DNA from: Candidatus Micrarchaeota archaeon | GTDB lineage: Archaea > Micrarchaeota > Micrarchaeia > Burarchaeales > Fermentimicrarchaeaceae | Length of the DNA: 48,525 nucleotides | Assembly: GCA_026396385.1 (NCBI GenBank) | Contig: JAPLWV010000012.1 | Coordinates: 1-48,525, forward strand | Direction: 5' to 3' | Shown: one piece after another, positions 9,430 to 18,459 of the stretch | How positions within the stretch are numbered: the first letter of the stretch is position 1 | Layout: every line of letters starts with the position of its first letter | Made by a program: the position numbers and the translations under genes | Notes under the pieces: generated by a model | What the model was told of the DNA's origin: nothing | Database searches by the model: none | The model's input: only the letters and a program-made list of their open reading frames with translations

Positions 9430-10152
9430 TTGATTGGGAGAAAGCTTGCTTTCAAGGAATCAAAGCTATTTTTGAAAATCGAAGGAGAGAAGTTTTTTGA
9501 TATTGCGCATTTATGCCTCCTGAAAAACAGGTCAGAACTGGAGGAGTATATCGCGCTGCATCCATTCTTCCAGAGCACTCTGGAACCTTTTGATGTTGAG
9601 AGTGATTCGCCGAGAGTCGTGAGGCTAATGGCACACGCAGCCAAGAAGATAGGGGTAGGTCCGATGGCGGCTGTTGCAGGCGCTCTTGCTGAGTTGATGC
9701 TAGAGGAGGTTGTAAAGAAAGGGTGCAGGTTTGCAATCATTGAAAATGGAGGAGATATTGCAATGAAGGTCGACAGAGTCGCGAAAGTAGTGGTATACGC
9801 AGGCTCCTCGCCTTTCTCGGGCAATATAGGCTTTGAGGTAATGCCCAAGGACACCCCTCTGGGTTTGTGTACCAGCTCCGGGACCGTGGGGCATTCAATA
9901 TCATTTGGAAAAGCGGACGCGGCAGTTGCATTTGCAGACGGGGCAGCTCTTGCGGATGCTGCTGCAACTGCGATAGGGAATGCTGTAAAAAGTGAGAGAA
10001 AACTGAAGGAAGCTATTGAAGTTGCAAAGAACCTACCGGTAAGGGGGGCAGTTGTGATCAAGGGAAAGAGCATTGCAGCTTGGGGGAGAATCCCGAAAAT
10101 AGTGAAAAGCAAGGGGCTGCCGAGATACTTTTATAAGGAGTTTTTTGAATAA
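9430..10152 (+). CDS. UPF0280 / ApbE-like protein (COG2122, MA1715-like)
   Basis: VGPMAAVAG, ENGGDI, CTSSGTVGHSISFG and ADAAATAIGN motifs. Confidence 0.93.
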   Translation: MIGRKLAFKESKLFLKIEGEKFFDIAHLCLLKNRSELEEYIALHPFFQSTLEPFDVESDSPRVVRLMAHAAKKIGVGPMAAVAGALAELMLEEVVKKGCRFAIIENGGDIAMKVDRVAKVVVYAGSSPFSGNIGFEVMPKDTPLGLCTSSGTVGHSISFGKADAAVAFADGAALADAAATAIGNAVKSERKLKEAIEVAKNLPVRGAVVIKGKSIAAWGRIPKIVKSKGLPRYFYKEFFE

Positions 10153-10168
10153 TATACCCTACACGCAT

Positions 10169-10240
10169 GGCCGCGGTAGTCTAATGGCATGACGGCGGGC
10201 TGTGGACCCGCAGGAGGGGGTCCGATTCTCCCCCGCGGCC
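10169..10240 (+). tRNA. tRNA-His(GTG) with genomically encoded G-1
   Basis: GCCGCGG/CCGCGGC acceptor stem; GCGGG-CT GTG GA-CCCGC anticodon arm; C73 discriminator; G at -1. Confidence 0.93.
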
Positions 10241-10287
10241 CTTATTCTACTTAAAAATAGGTAAGTTAGTATAATAAAAAAAACTTT

Positions 10288-10323
10288 ATCACTTATATAA
10301 TCACTTGTATAATCACTTGTTTT
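10288..10323. promoter_or_regulatory. Three imperfect 12-bp tandem repeats (ATCACTT core) upstream of the HxlR gene; possible operator
   Basis: ATCACTTATATA, ATCACTTGTATA, ATCACTTGTTTT at 10288, 10300 and 10312. Confidence 0.5.
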
Positions 10324-10354
10324 ACTTGGTATATAGTTATGCAGAGGTATTTTT

Positions 10355-10714
10355 GTGGAAAGGGGAAGAATAAGTAAGGAGGATATGGGCTATATAAAGA
10401 GTCTTGCGTCTATTTTTTCGCAGAAGTGGACGTTTGAAATTGTTTTTTCTCTTGCCAACGGCAATGAGGATATGGGTTTCAACGAGCTTCTGAGGAGCCT
10501 CAATGGAATAAGCGCTGCAGTGCTATCCAAACGGCTAAAAATCCTTCAGAGTTGGGGGTACGTAGCGCGTGAAGTAAGAACTGGCCCGCCCACCAGAACA
10601 AGGTATTCACTCAGCGAGAAAGGAAGAGGCCTGATAAAAGTTGCTGATTTTGTCCTCCAACACAGAGGCAAAACGACGTATTCAACTGAGAGTTTGAGCG
10701 GAGTAAATTTATAG
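10355..10714 (+). CDS. HxlR/DUF24 family winged-helix transcriptional regulator
   Basis: KWTFEIV, FNELLRSL.GIS..VLSKRLK.L, PPTRTRYSLSEKG. Confidence 0.92.
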   Translation: MERGRISKEDMGYIKSLASIFSQKWTFEIVFSLANGNEDMGFNELLRSLNGISAAVLSKRLKILQSWGYVAREVRTGPPTRTRYSLSEKGRGLIKVADFVLQHRGKTTYSTESLSGVNL

Positions 10715-12610
10715 TTACTTCAGCCTTATTGCATCAAGGTTCATCGGTGCGCGCGTCTCTACCCTCATCATCTTGTTTATCGACTTTGCAAGGTCATCGC
10801 ACTTGCTCTCATCACCGTGAAGCGTGAATATCCTCTCGGGGCTCGGCCTGAGGTTCCTGACGAAGTTTATGAGCTGGTGCCTGTCGCTGTGCCCTGAGAA
10901 ACCATCCACCGTGTCAACGCTCATGTTCACCTTTACGGTCTCAAGAGTTCCGCTCTCCCCCATGAGTGGTATCTCTTTCATACCGTTTTGTATTTTCCTT
11001 CCAAGCGAGAGAGCGCTCTGGTATCCTACGAATATGAGCAGGTTCTTTGGGTCATCTGCCATCATCTTGAAGTAGTCCACCACAGGCCCTCCGCTCATCA
11101 TTCCTGAAGGTGCAAGAATCACGCAGGGGTCGCCCTCAACTACCTCCTTCCTGTTGTTTTTGACAGACTCGAATATCTTTGATTCAAATGGGCTCTTGTT
11201 TGAGAGCACCCTTCTCTGCACGTTCTGCCTCAGGTATTCAGGATAGGCGGTGTGTATTGCTGATGCTTCCAGTATCATCCCGTCTATGTATATGGGGCAT
11301 TCGAAAGAGGAGCCCATGGCCTGCGCATACTCCTCCATGACAAGCATTATCTCCTGCGACCTGCCCACTGAAAAGACAGGTATCAGCACCTTTCCCTTGT
11401 TCTGTATAGTTTGGTGTATGAGCTCGTTGAGCCTCTTCTCTGCTTCCTGCCTCGGCAGCATCAGATCATCTCTTCCTCCATAGGTGCTTTCCATGAATAG
11501 TGTCTCTATCCTTGGGAAGGTGGTTGTGGCCTGGTCGAAGAGCCTTGTGAAACCGTATTTTATGTCTCCGGTGAAAATAAGGTTATGCAACCCATCCCCT
11601 ATGTGGAGGTGCACCATTGAGCTGCCCAGTATGTGCCCGGCATTGTGGAAGGTGAGCTTTATCTCAGGAGTTATATCGGTGACCTCCTCGTACTCCCTTG
11701 CAACGCACATATTCAGTATCTTCCTTACGTCCTTCTCAGCATAGGGCGCAGTCATTCCATTCTTCTGCAGGACATTGATGTAATCAAACTGCAGCATCAC
11801 CATGAGGTCTCTCGTTGGCGGGGTGCAGTAGATTGGTCCATCATAACCGTAAGCCACAAGGTAGGGCACAAAGCCCGAGTGGTCCAAGTGGGCATGAGTC
11901 ACTATAACTGCGTCAAGCTCATCAAGAGCAAGATTCATCGCATTGAGGTAGGGATATGCCCTGCTAGCCTCTGTGGTCTCGGGGTTTACTCCGCAGTCAA
12001 GCAGTATTTTGTCATTTGAAGTCTGCAGAAGCAGGCAGGTCCTGCCCACCTCTTTGAAACCCCCCAGAGCGGTAACTTTAACCCAGTCGCTCTTCTGGGG
12101 CTGGGCCGAAATCTTCTTTCCAAGCCCGGTGAGGAACCTCTTCCTGAAGTCGGACTCCTTGAAGAGGGATGATCGTATCCCCTTTATCGTATCTGACGGC
12201 ATGGTTGGCGTTCTGAGTATCTTGGGAGCCCACCCGGTCTGGAGTATTATTGCCTTCAGGGTGGAGCCTCCTTTTCCTATCACCAGACCAGGCTTCAAGG
12301 AATCTATTATCACTTCATTGAACTCCGGGCAGAACTTTATATCCGTCACGCCAGCATCCTGGGGTATTATCTCCTGTATCTTTTTCAGCGCAACATCCGG
12401 AGGTGCCAGGCATGAGGTATCGCTCCTTACCAGAACCCTCTTTCTCAAAGCTCCGGCTATTTTCTTTATCAGGTTGGGGTCTGAGTAGAAAGCCTCTATA
12501 TTGTTCAGGTATATGGCTATGTCAGGCCCCTCGTACTCCATCTTTGTGATAGTGCAGCCGCTAGGTAATATGGGCTCTAACTTCTTCTGCATATCGTTGC
12601 TATTGTTCAA
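10715..12610 (-). CDS. fttA: Beta-CASP ribonuclease aCPSF1 / transcription termination factor FttA
   Basis: N-terminal KH domains (KPGLVIGKGG), THAHLDH, AGHILGS, MESTYG, GFSGHSD and HGD motifs. Confidence 0.96.
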   Translation of the reverse strand: MNNSNDMQKKLEPILPSGCTITKMEYEGPDIAIYLNNIEAFYSDPNLIKKIAGALRKRVLVRSDTSCLAPPDVALKKIQEIIPQDAGVTDIKFCPEFNEVIIDSLKPGLVIGKGGSTLKAIILQTGWAPKILRTPTMPSDTIKGIRSSLFKESDFRKRFLTGLGKKISAQPQKSDWVKVTALGGFKEVGRTCLLLQTSNDKILLDCGVNPETTEASRAYPYLNAMNLALDELDAVIVTHAHLDHSGFVPYLVAYGYDGPIYCTPPTRDLMVMLQFDYINVLQKNGMTAPYAEKDVRKILNMCVAREYEEVTDITPEIKLTFHNAGHILGSSMVHLHIGDGLHNLIFTGDIKYGFTRLFDQATTTFPRIETLFMESTYGGRDDLMLPRQEAEKRLNELIHQTIQNKGKVLIPVFSVGRSQEIMLVMEEYAQAMGSSFECPIYIDGMILEASAIHTAYPEYLRQNVQRRVLSNKSPFESKIFESVKNNRKEVVEGDPCVILAPSGMMSGGPVVDYFKMMADDPKNLLIFVGYQSALSLGRKIQNGMKEIPLMGESGTLETVKVNMSVDTVDGFSGHSDRHQLINFVRNLRPSPERIFTLHGDESKCDDLAKSINKMMRVETRAPMNLDAIRLK

Positions 12611-12670
12611 AAAAAACCGCCTTAATTTTCTTAGCTATTGAAAGACAGAAATATCAATAATTCAAATGGA

Positions 12671-13300
12671 TCACTCATGCTTCGCTTCCAGAAGCTTCTT
12701 TACAGTCTCCTTATCGTACCTCTTGAATTCATCGGAGGTTATGGTAACAAGGTCTATTCCATCTCCAGTCCCTGCATCCCTCTTCATGGCAACCGCAAGC
12801 GCCCTCAAGGCTATCTTTAGATTGTCTTTTATTGGCTTATCCTCCTTGAAGCTATCCTCCATCAGCCCGTAGGCCACAGGGGAACCGCTGCCGGTTGAAA
12901 CGAACTTCTCTTCAGTCACTCCCCCGACTGGGTCAAGGTTGAAGATGCGTGGTTTGTCGTCAAAACCGCCCACTAGCATCTGAACAAGGAATGGGGCGAA
13001 CTTGTACTGCGAGAGTATGTTTGACAGAAGAGTAGTTGCGGCAGTAACGCTCATGGGCTTCCCATAGTTCATCTTGTAGAGCTGGGCCTCGAACTTCAGG
13101 TATCTGACCAGGCTCTGGGCATCTCCCACGCCGCCAGCAACTGTAACGCCAAGCACATCATCTATCTGGAATATCTTGTCCACTTCCCGGTTTGCTATGA
13201 AGTAGCCCATCGTGGCTCTCTTGTCGGAAGCCAAGATTATTCCATCGCTACAGACTAAACCCACTGTTGTTGTTCCTTTCAATGTTTTAGCTTCTTCCAT
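12671..13300 (-). CDS. psmB: Proteasome subunit beta
   Basis: KG/TTTVG propeptide cleavage site, DKRAT, AGGVGDAQ, STGSGS. Confidence 0.97.
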   Translation of the reverse strand: MEEAKTLKGTTTVGLVCSDGIILASDKRATMGYFIANREVDKIFQIDDVLGVTVAGGVGDAQSLVRYLKFEAQLYKMNYGKPMSVTAATTLLSNILSQYKFAPFLVQMLVGGFDDKPRIFNLDPVGGVTEEKFVSTGSGSPVAYGLMEDSFKEDKPIKDNLKIALRALAVAMKRDAGTGDGIDLVTITSDEFKRYDKETVKKLLEAKHE

Positions 13301-13353
13301 TATACACACCTAATGGTCGCAGAAAAAGCAATAGTATTACTGCATACATATTT

Positions 13354-14049
13354 TTAAGCCTTATGCTCCTTTTCCTCCAACGAATACTCCTCGGTTATGC
13401 TGAGCTTCTTTATGCCGCCAAGCAGGTCATGCAGTGAGTTGGCGAAAGTTGATTTGTTGATGAGGAAATCCACATCCTTATTCACTGATGCGGAGAATGT
13501 TATGCTAAGCACCCCTTCCTCAAGCTTTAAGCTGTCTGCCTTGAGGTTGAAGGTGTCAAGAATTGCCCCTATCTTGGAGTTGTCATCCGCCAGCTTCTCC
13601 TCAACCTTCAAGTCGTATATCAACTTCTCGCCTGCAAGCGGGTGGTTGAGGTCAACCATCACCCTTCCACCGCTGACGCTCTTCACAGTCCCCTTCGTGC
13701 CATCCAAATCCAGCACAAGCCCGGGGAATGGGTCTATATCCCTCTTCTTGAACTCTGAGAGAGGAAGTATCCTGACGAGGTTTGGATTCCTGTTGCCAAA
13801 AGCATCCTCAGGTGAAAGTTCGATTGATTTCTGCTCCCCCACACCCATATCGCGCAGGGACGCATCAAGACCCTTTACGAGATAGCCTTTGCCGATTACA
13901 ACGAGAGCTGGAGCGTATTTCCTCTTTTCATCGAATACGCCAGCCTCCTTAGCCTTATCCCCGAAAGTGGTGTCGAATACCTTTCCGGTCACAGCGCTTC
14001 TGCTGGTGTAGCTCACCTTTACGAAATCGCCATCCTTGAGTTTGTCCAT
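13354..14049 (-). CDS. FKBP-type peptidyl-prolyl cis-trans isomerase (long archaeal type)
   Basis: GDFVKVSY, VFDTT, PEDAFG, VDLNHPLAG. Confidence 0.94.
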   Translation of the reverse strand: MDKLKDGDFVKVSYTSRSAVTGKVFDTTFGDKAKEAGVFDEKRKYAPALVVIGKGYLVKGLDASLRDMGVGEQKSIELSPEDAFGNRNPNLVRILPLSEFKKRDIDPFPGLVLDLDGTKGTVKSVSGGRVMVDLNHPLAGEKLIYDLKVEEKLADDNSKIGAILDTFNLKADSLKLEEGVLSITFSASVNKDVDFLINKSTFANSLHDLLGGIKKLSITEEYSLEEKEHKA

Positions 14050-14096
14050 ACGAAAACCTCCAGTAATTTAATATTTTGCTGTTTAAATCCTTATTT

Positions 14097-15290
14097 ATGG
14101 AGAGGGACACTTTAATAAAAGTATTTACGCTGCTGCTCGTAGCGGCTTTCATGCTCGAGCTGTTCAGCATGCGCTCGGCGGTTACGAATACCCCATCCCT
14201 GAACAATACACCGCCGAACCAGGAGCCTTCCCTATACGGAACAGGCCAGACATCGGCAACCCTTCTCTCTTACAGGGGGTATCTGAATGTTTTCAAGTCT
14301 GGAAGGGATCTGACGGCTAACTCCTCACTAGGCGAGATTAGGAATATGGATGGGGTTAGCTACCTTAACAGACAGGGCGGTGCGTTAACTGTCATCATCG
14401 ACCAGAGTTCCAACGCACCTCTTATAGCCAGTGAGATAAAACAGAAGTTCCCGGACCTCAACGTAACCGCAGTCGGACAGTTCGAACTGCCACCAACTGT
14501 TGAATTCACAACTTCAGATGGCAGGAGGAATGTCAGTATGAATGCAGTCATAGAACTTGAGATAGAACCTGACATTCTTCCAGGCGACAATGTCACCCTG
14601 TCACTCATAGGGCTTGTGTCTGGGGACAGCCTCGCTGGAACCCCTCTGGCAAAGGTAATACCAACACAGGGGGAGGCCCTTGCGAATGCCACCATAAAAA
14701 ACATAACCTATGATTATGGGGTAGTTGCCATAATTCCCTGGGAGAGCAGAAATTTGAATGCGAGCAGGATAAGGGAGGCCCTCTCAAAGGAGGTTGGGGA
14801 TCTTAGCATGAATTACAGTCCCAGGTCTTTCGTTTTGGTGAATGGCCTTGATTCAGCAAGTGATGAAATCGTGAAGAAGGTTGAGAACCTGAGCTATGTT
14901 ACGGGTGTGTTCAGCACTGAAGTTGATTTAAGAGATGAGATGAATGATTCCGAAAAGCTTGAAAGTGATATAAAAGGAACTCTTGGAAACAACACCACCA
15001 TTGACTACCCCAGCTCTGTGATGGAGGTGACATTCCACTCCGAAAATCTTAGCAAGGATGGGCTGTTCAGGAGTATCGGGTGGACGCCGGTGGTATACAG
15101 GAGGATGTCTATTGAGGTTAGCGGAAAGCTGAACATATCTGGAGTGGAGTATGACGTGCCCAGCAATACTACTTTTGACGAGATGCTTGTTGATTCCTAT
15201 TCTGTTGGGCAGAAAATTGGCGTGTGGCTCAATACGGGAACAATAGGCAGAAGGATTGTGAATTTGAAGATTGATAGAATCGCAGAATAA
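14097..15290 (+). CDS. Membrane-anchored or secreted putative glycoprotein of unknown function
   Basis: N-terminal hydrophobic helix; beta-rich; many N-x-S/T sequons. Confidence 0.75.
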   Translation: MERDTLIKVFTLLLVAAFMLELFSMRSAVTNTPSLNNTPPNQEPSLYGTGQTSATLLSYRGYLNVFKSGRDLTANSSLGEIRNMDGVSYLNRQGGALTVIIDQSSNAPLIASEIKQKFPDLNVTAVGQFELPPTVEFTTSDGRRNVSMNAVIELEIEPDILPGDNVTLSLIGLVSGDSLAGTPLAKVIPTQGEALANATIKNITYDYGVVAIIPWESRNLNASRIREALSKEVGDLSMNYSPRSFVLVNGLDSASDEIVKKVENLSYVTGVFSTEVDLRDEMNDSEKLESDIKGTLGNNTTIDYPSSVMEVTFHSENLSKDGLFRSIGWTPVVYRRMSIEVSGKLNISGVEYDVPSNTTFDEMLVDSYSVGQKIGVWLNTGTIGRRIVNLKIDRIAE

Positions 15291-15333
15291 GACACTTGCA
15301 AGCCTCTCAGGATACTGCCTCTGACGCACTTCC

Positions 15334-15342
15334 TTTTAAATA
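15334..15342 (+). promoter_or_regulatory. Putative TATA box for the box C/D sRNA
   Basis: TTTTAAATA about 25 nt upstream of the predicted sRNA 5' end. Confidence 0.5.
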
Positions 15343-15363
15343 GGGGATGAGCAATATAATAAC

Positions 15364-15424
15364 TGGCAATGACGACACCGTCCCAGGGGGATACAATATG
15401 ACCGACGGAGTAGCTTCGGAGCCA
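15364..15424 (+). ncRNA. Box C/D methylation-guide sRNA with two guides to 23S rRNA domain V
   Basis: TGGC/GCCA terminal stem; C=ATGACGA, 12-nt guide CACCGTCCCAGG, D'=GGGA, C'=ATGACCG, 12-nt guide ACGGAGTAGCTT, D=CGGA. Guides are complementary to conserved 23S segments CUGGGGCGGU and AAGCUACUCCG. Confidence 0.85.
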
Positions 15425-15715
15425 CTATAGCTTCTTTTGGTCGAATGTATTACTTGACTTTTTACTTTGGTACTCGAAGTCGCTGAAGAATCCGTATAAA
15501 ACTATGAATACACCCACTATCATCAGTATCTGGAAGAAAAGCGCGCTGTTCTGGTATTTCGTGGAGTTGATGCACTGGTAGCAGGGGTCCGCCTCATTCA
15601 CAAACTGGGGTGAAGGGAGCGCACTGCATCCGCAGACGAAGTCATACGCCTTGCTTTCGAGCAGGAAGCCAACAAAGGAGAAAAGGAGACCAAATATTAT
15701 AATCTGGTACTTCAT
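15425..15715 (-). CDS. Small two-TM membrane protein with Cys-rich loop (CxC...CxxC)
   Basis: Two hydrophobic helices flanking VCGC...PCYQC. Confidence 0.65.
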   Translation of the reverse strand: MKYQIIIFGLLFSFVGFLLESKAYDFVCGCSALPSPQFVNEADPCYQCINSTKYQNSALFFQILMIVGVFIVLYGFFSDFEYQSKKSSNTFDQKKL

Positions 15716-15839
15716 GTTAAGGTATTTGTTAATGCCTCTTTAATACTTTTTTGGATTAGTCCCTGCGAAATTTCCTAGGAAACACAGGGATGGTAGACAA
15801 GCAGGTTTTTTCATTAAGGATTTTAGTGAATGAAGTGAT

Positions 15840-16121
15840 TCAACGATATGCCACTGAGAAGGAGCTGAACTCTCCCTTGAAATCATCCCAGGAATGCTCA
15901 ATCCTATCGACCCTGGCGGTTGGAGGTCCTTTCCTGCACCAGTCAAGCAGCGCCTCAAGAGCTTCTCTCTCACCTTCTGCAAGTATCTCAACCGAGCCGT
16001 CCCTCCTGTTCCTCACCCACCCCGTTATGCTTAGGCTGAAAGCTTTCTGCTCTGCGCCGGACCTGAAGAAGACTCCCTGGACAATTCCGTAGACTTCAAC
16101 ATGCAGCCTGGCTTTTGCCAT
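15840..16121 (-). CDS. acyP: Acylphosphatase
   Basis: GIVQGVFFR and GWVRNRRDGSVE signatures. Confidence 0.96.
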   Translation of the reverse strand: MAKARLHVEVYGIVQGVFFRSGAEQKAFSLSITGWVRNRRDGSVEILAEGEREALEALLDWCRKGPPTARVDRIEHSWDDFKGEFSSFSVAYR

Positions 16122-16185
16122 GCCTCTTATATCATGCCGGATGTTTTATATTTCTTACGCGAGAATGCTATTTGGGAGGGATCAT

Positions 16186-17229
16186 ATGAAAGGTGAAATG
16201 AAGGCTATTATGAAGAAGAAGCCAGGTCTTGGAGCGGAGCTGGTCACTGTTCCCATACCAAAAATAGGGCCGAGGGATATACTTGTGAAGGTTAAGGCAA
16301 CCTCCATCTGCGGAACCGATTCGCACATATACGAATGGAATGCGTGGGCGCAGAGGAGGATAAAGCCGCCAAGGATAATGGGGCATGAGTTCGGGGGAGA
16401 GGTTGTAGAGGCAGGAAAGGATGTCACTTTTGTTTCAATTGGTGATCATGTCTCTGCTGAGACGCATATAGTGTGCAATAAGTGCTTCCAGTGCAGGACT
16501 GGTCAGGCGCATGTATGCCAGAATGTCAAGATACTTGGAGTGGACACGGACGGTTGCTTCGCGGAATACGTCGCAATCCCGGAGGAGAATGCATGGGTGA
16601 ACGACAAGAAGCTTCCTCCGGAAATAGCAGCTATACAGGAGCCTTTTGGGAATGCTGTGCACACTGTCTTTGCGGAGGGCGTTGCCGGCAAGACTGTCGC
16701 GGTTTTCGGGCTTGGTCCGATTGGGATATGCGCTGTTGCCATATGCAAGGCAGCAGGAGCGGCACATGTGTTTGCAATTGGGAGGAAGAATGATTACAGA
16801 CTGAACCTTGCAAAGAAGATGGGTGCGGACACTGTGATAAAATCGAACGAGCAGGATGTTGTGAAGCTGGTGAAGGAGGCAACCGGCGGCTCTGGGGTGG
16901 ATGTGTCCCTGGAGATGGCAGGCTCCCAGGAGTCGATAAGCCATTGCTTCAAGGTGCTGAAGTTCGGTGGGAGGGTTTCGCTGCTTGGTCTGCCGCCGGA
17001 TAAGATAACGCTGGACTGGGCTGATGACATAGTTTTCAAGGCAGCGAGGATTTATGGAATAGCAGGAAGGAGGATGTATGGCACGTGGTACACCACTGCT
17101 GGCTTGCTTAAATCGGGCAGGGTGAATGTTGAGCCGATAATTACCCACAAGTTCAAGCTTGAGGAATTTGAGAAAGGAATGCAGCTTATGCATGAAGGAA
17201 AATGCGGGAAGGTAGTTTTATACCCATAG
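16186..17229 (+). CDS. tdh: L-threonine 3-dehydrogenase
   Basis: SICGTD, GHE, SAETHIVC..C..C, EPFGNAVHT, GLGPIG, YGIAGR; adjacent to kbl. Confidence 0.94.
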   Translation: MKGEMKAIMKKKPGLGAELVTVPIPKIGPRDILVKVKATSICGTDSHIYEWNAWAQRRIKPPRIMGHEFGGEVVEAGKDVTFVSIGDHVSAETHIVCNKCFQCRTGQAHVCQNVKILGVDTDGCFAEYVAIPEENAWVNDKKLPPEIAAIQEPFGNAVHTVFAEGVAGKTVAVFGLGPIGICAVAICKAAGAAHVFAIGRKNDYRLNLAKKMGADTVIKSNEQDVVKLVKEATGGSGVDVSLEMAGSQESISHCFKVLKFGGRVSLLGLPPDKITLDWADDIVFKAARIYGIAGRRMYGTWYTTAGLLKSGRVNVEPIITHKFKLEEFEKGMQLMHEGKCGKVVLYP

Positions 17230-17242
17230 CGGAGGTGTGTTT

Positions 17243-18418
17243 ATGGGAAGCAGACTTGGTTTCATAACGACGGAAATTGAGGGTATGAAGAGCAAGGGTC
17301 TTTTCAAGGTTCCACCCATACTAGGAGGCCCACAGGGAGCAAGGGCGGTTGTGAACGGCAAGGAGGTTATTAACCTCTCATCGAACAGCTACCTTCAGCT
17401 CACAACCAACAAAAAGATGAAGAAGGCGGCAATCGAGGCAATAAGGAAATACGGAGTTGGGACTGGAGCTGTGAGGCAGATAATTGGAACAATGGGCATA
17501 CATGAGGAGCTTGAGAAGAAAGTTGCGCAGTTCAAGGGGGCAGAAGCAGTGCTCGTGTTCTCATCAGGAGTTGCAGCCAACAGCGGAACTATACCTACTC
17601 TGGTTGCAGAGGGTGATCTGATAATAAGCGATGAGCTGAACCACGGAAGCATAATTGACGGATGCAGGCTCACCAAGGCGGAGAGAAAAATCTACCCGCA
17701 CTTGGATATGGAGGGGCTTGAGAAAGTGCTTAAGGAGAGCAAGCACAGGAGGAAGCTCATCATCACTGATGGAGTGTTCAGCATGGACGGGGATATTGCT
17801 CCGATGGACAGGATAGTGGAGCTAGCGGAGAAATATGACGCAATGACATACGTGGATGACGCCCATGGCGAGGGAGTTCTTGGAAAGAATGGCAGAGGGA
17901 TAGTGGACCACTTCAACCTGCATGGGAGGGTTGATGTTGAGATGGGAACGTTCTCCAAGGCATTCGGGTGCATGGGAGGCTATATTGCCGGAACAAACGA
18001 TTTGAGGAGCTACTTGATACAGAGGGCCAGGTCATTCCTTTTCAGCACGTCACACCCGCCAGCCACCGTGGCTGCAATAAGCGCTGCGATAGATGTTGTG
18101 CTGGAACAGCCGCAGCTTTTTGACAAGCTCTGGAACAACACCAAGTACTTCAGGAAGAAGCTGCAGAAGCTCGGGTTCAACACGGGCAACAGCCAGACGC
18201 CGATAATACCCGTCATAACAGGCGAGAGCTCCTTGGCGCAGCAGCTCTCTGCGAAGCTCTTTGAGAAGGGAGTGTATGTGAACCCGATACTGTACCCAAT
18301 GGTTGCAATGGACAAGGCAAGGGTGAGGAACATAGTGACCGCAGGGCACAAGAGGAAGGACTTGGATTATGCGATAGGGGCATTCGAGGAAGTTGGGAAG
18401 GAGCTCAAACTGATATAG
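17243..18418 (+). CDS. kbl: Glycine C-acetyltransferase (2-amino-3-ketobutyrate CoA ligase)
   Basis: SDELNHGSIIDG, TDGVFSMDGD, VDDAHG, GTFSKAFG; follows tdh. Confidence 0.9.
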   Translation: MGSRLGFITTEIEGMKSKGLFKVPPILGGPQGARAVVNGKEVINLSSNSYLQLTTNKKMKKAAIEAIRKYGVGTGAVRQIIGTMGIHEELEKKVAQFKGAEAVLVFSSGVAANSGTIPTLVAEGDLIISDELNHGSIIDGCRLTKAERKIYPHLDMEGLEKVLKESKHRRKLIITDGVFSMDGDIAPMDRIVELAEKYDAMTYVDDAHGEGVLGKNGRGIVDHFNLHGRVDVEMGTFSKAFGCMGGYIAGTNDLRSYLIQRARSFLFSTSHPPATVAAISAAIDVVLEQPQLFDKLWNNTKYFRKKLQKLGFNTGNSQTPIIPVITGESSLAQQLSAKLFEKGVYVNPILYPMVAMDKARVRNIVTAGHKRKDLDYAIGAFEEVGKELKLI

Positions 18419-18459
18419 TTTAGAAATAGTTATAAGGCTCAATTGAGCAAAAGTATATC

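Noticed and set aside
15292-15305. ACTTGCA match to the putative omegaRNA guide seed, upstream of the C/D sRNA
   Set aside because: Only 7 contiguous nt match. Several such hits are expected by chance in 48 kb, and others occur inside CDSs.
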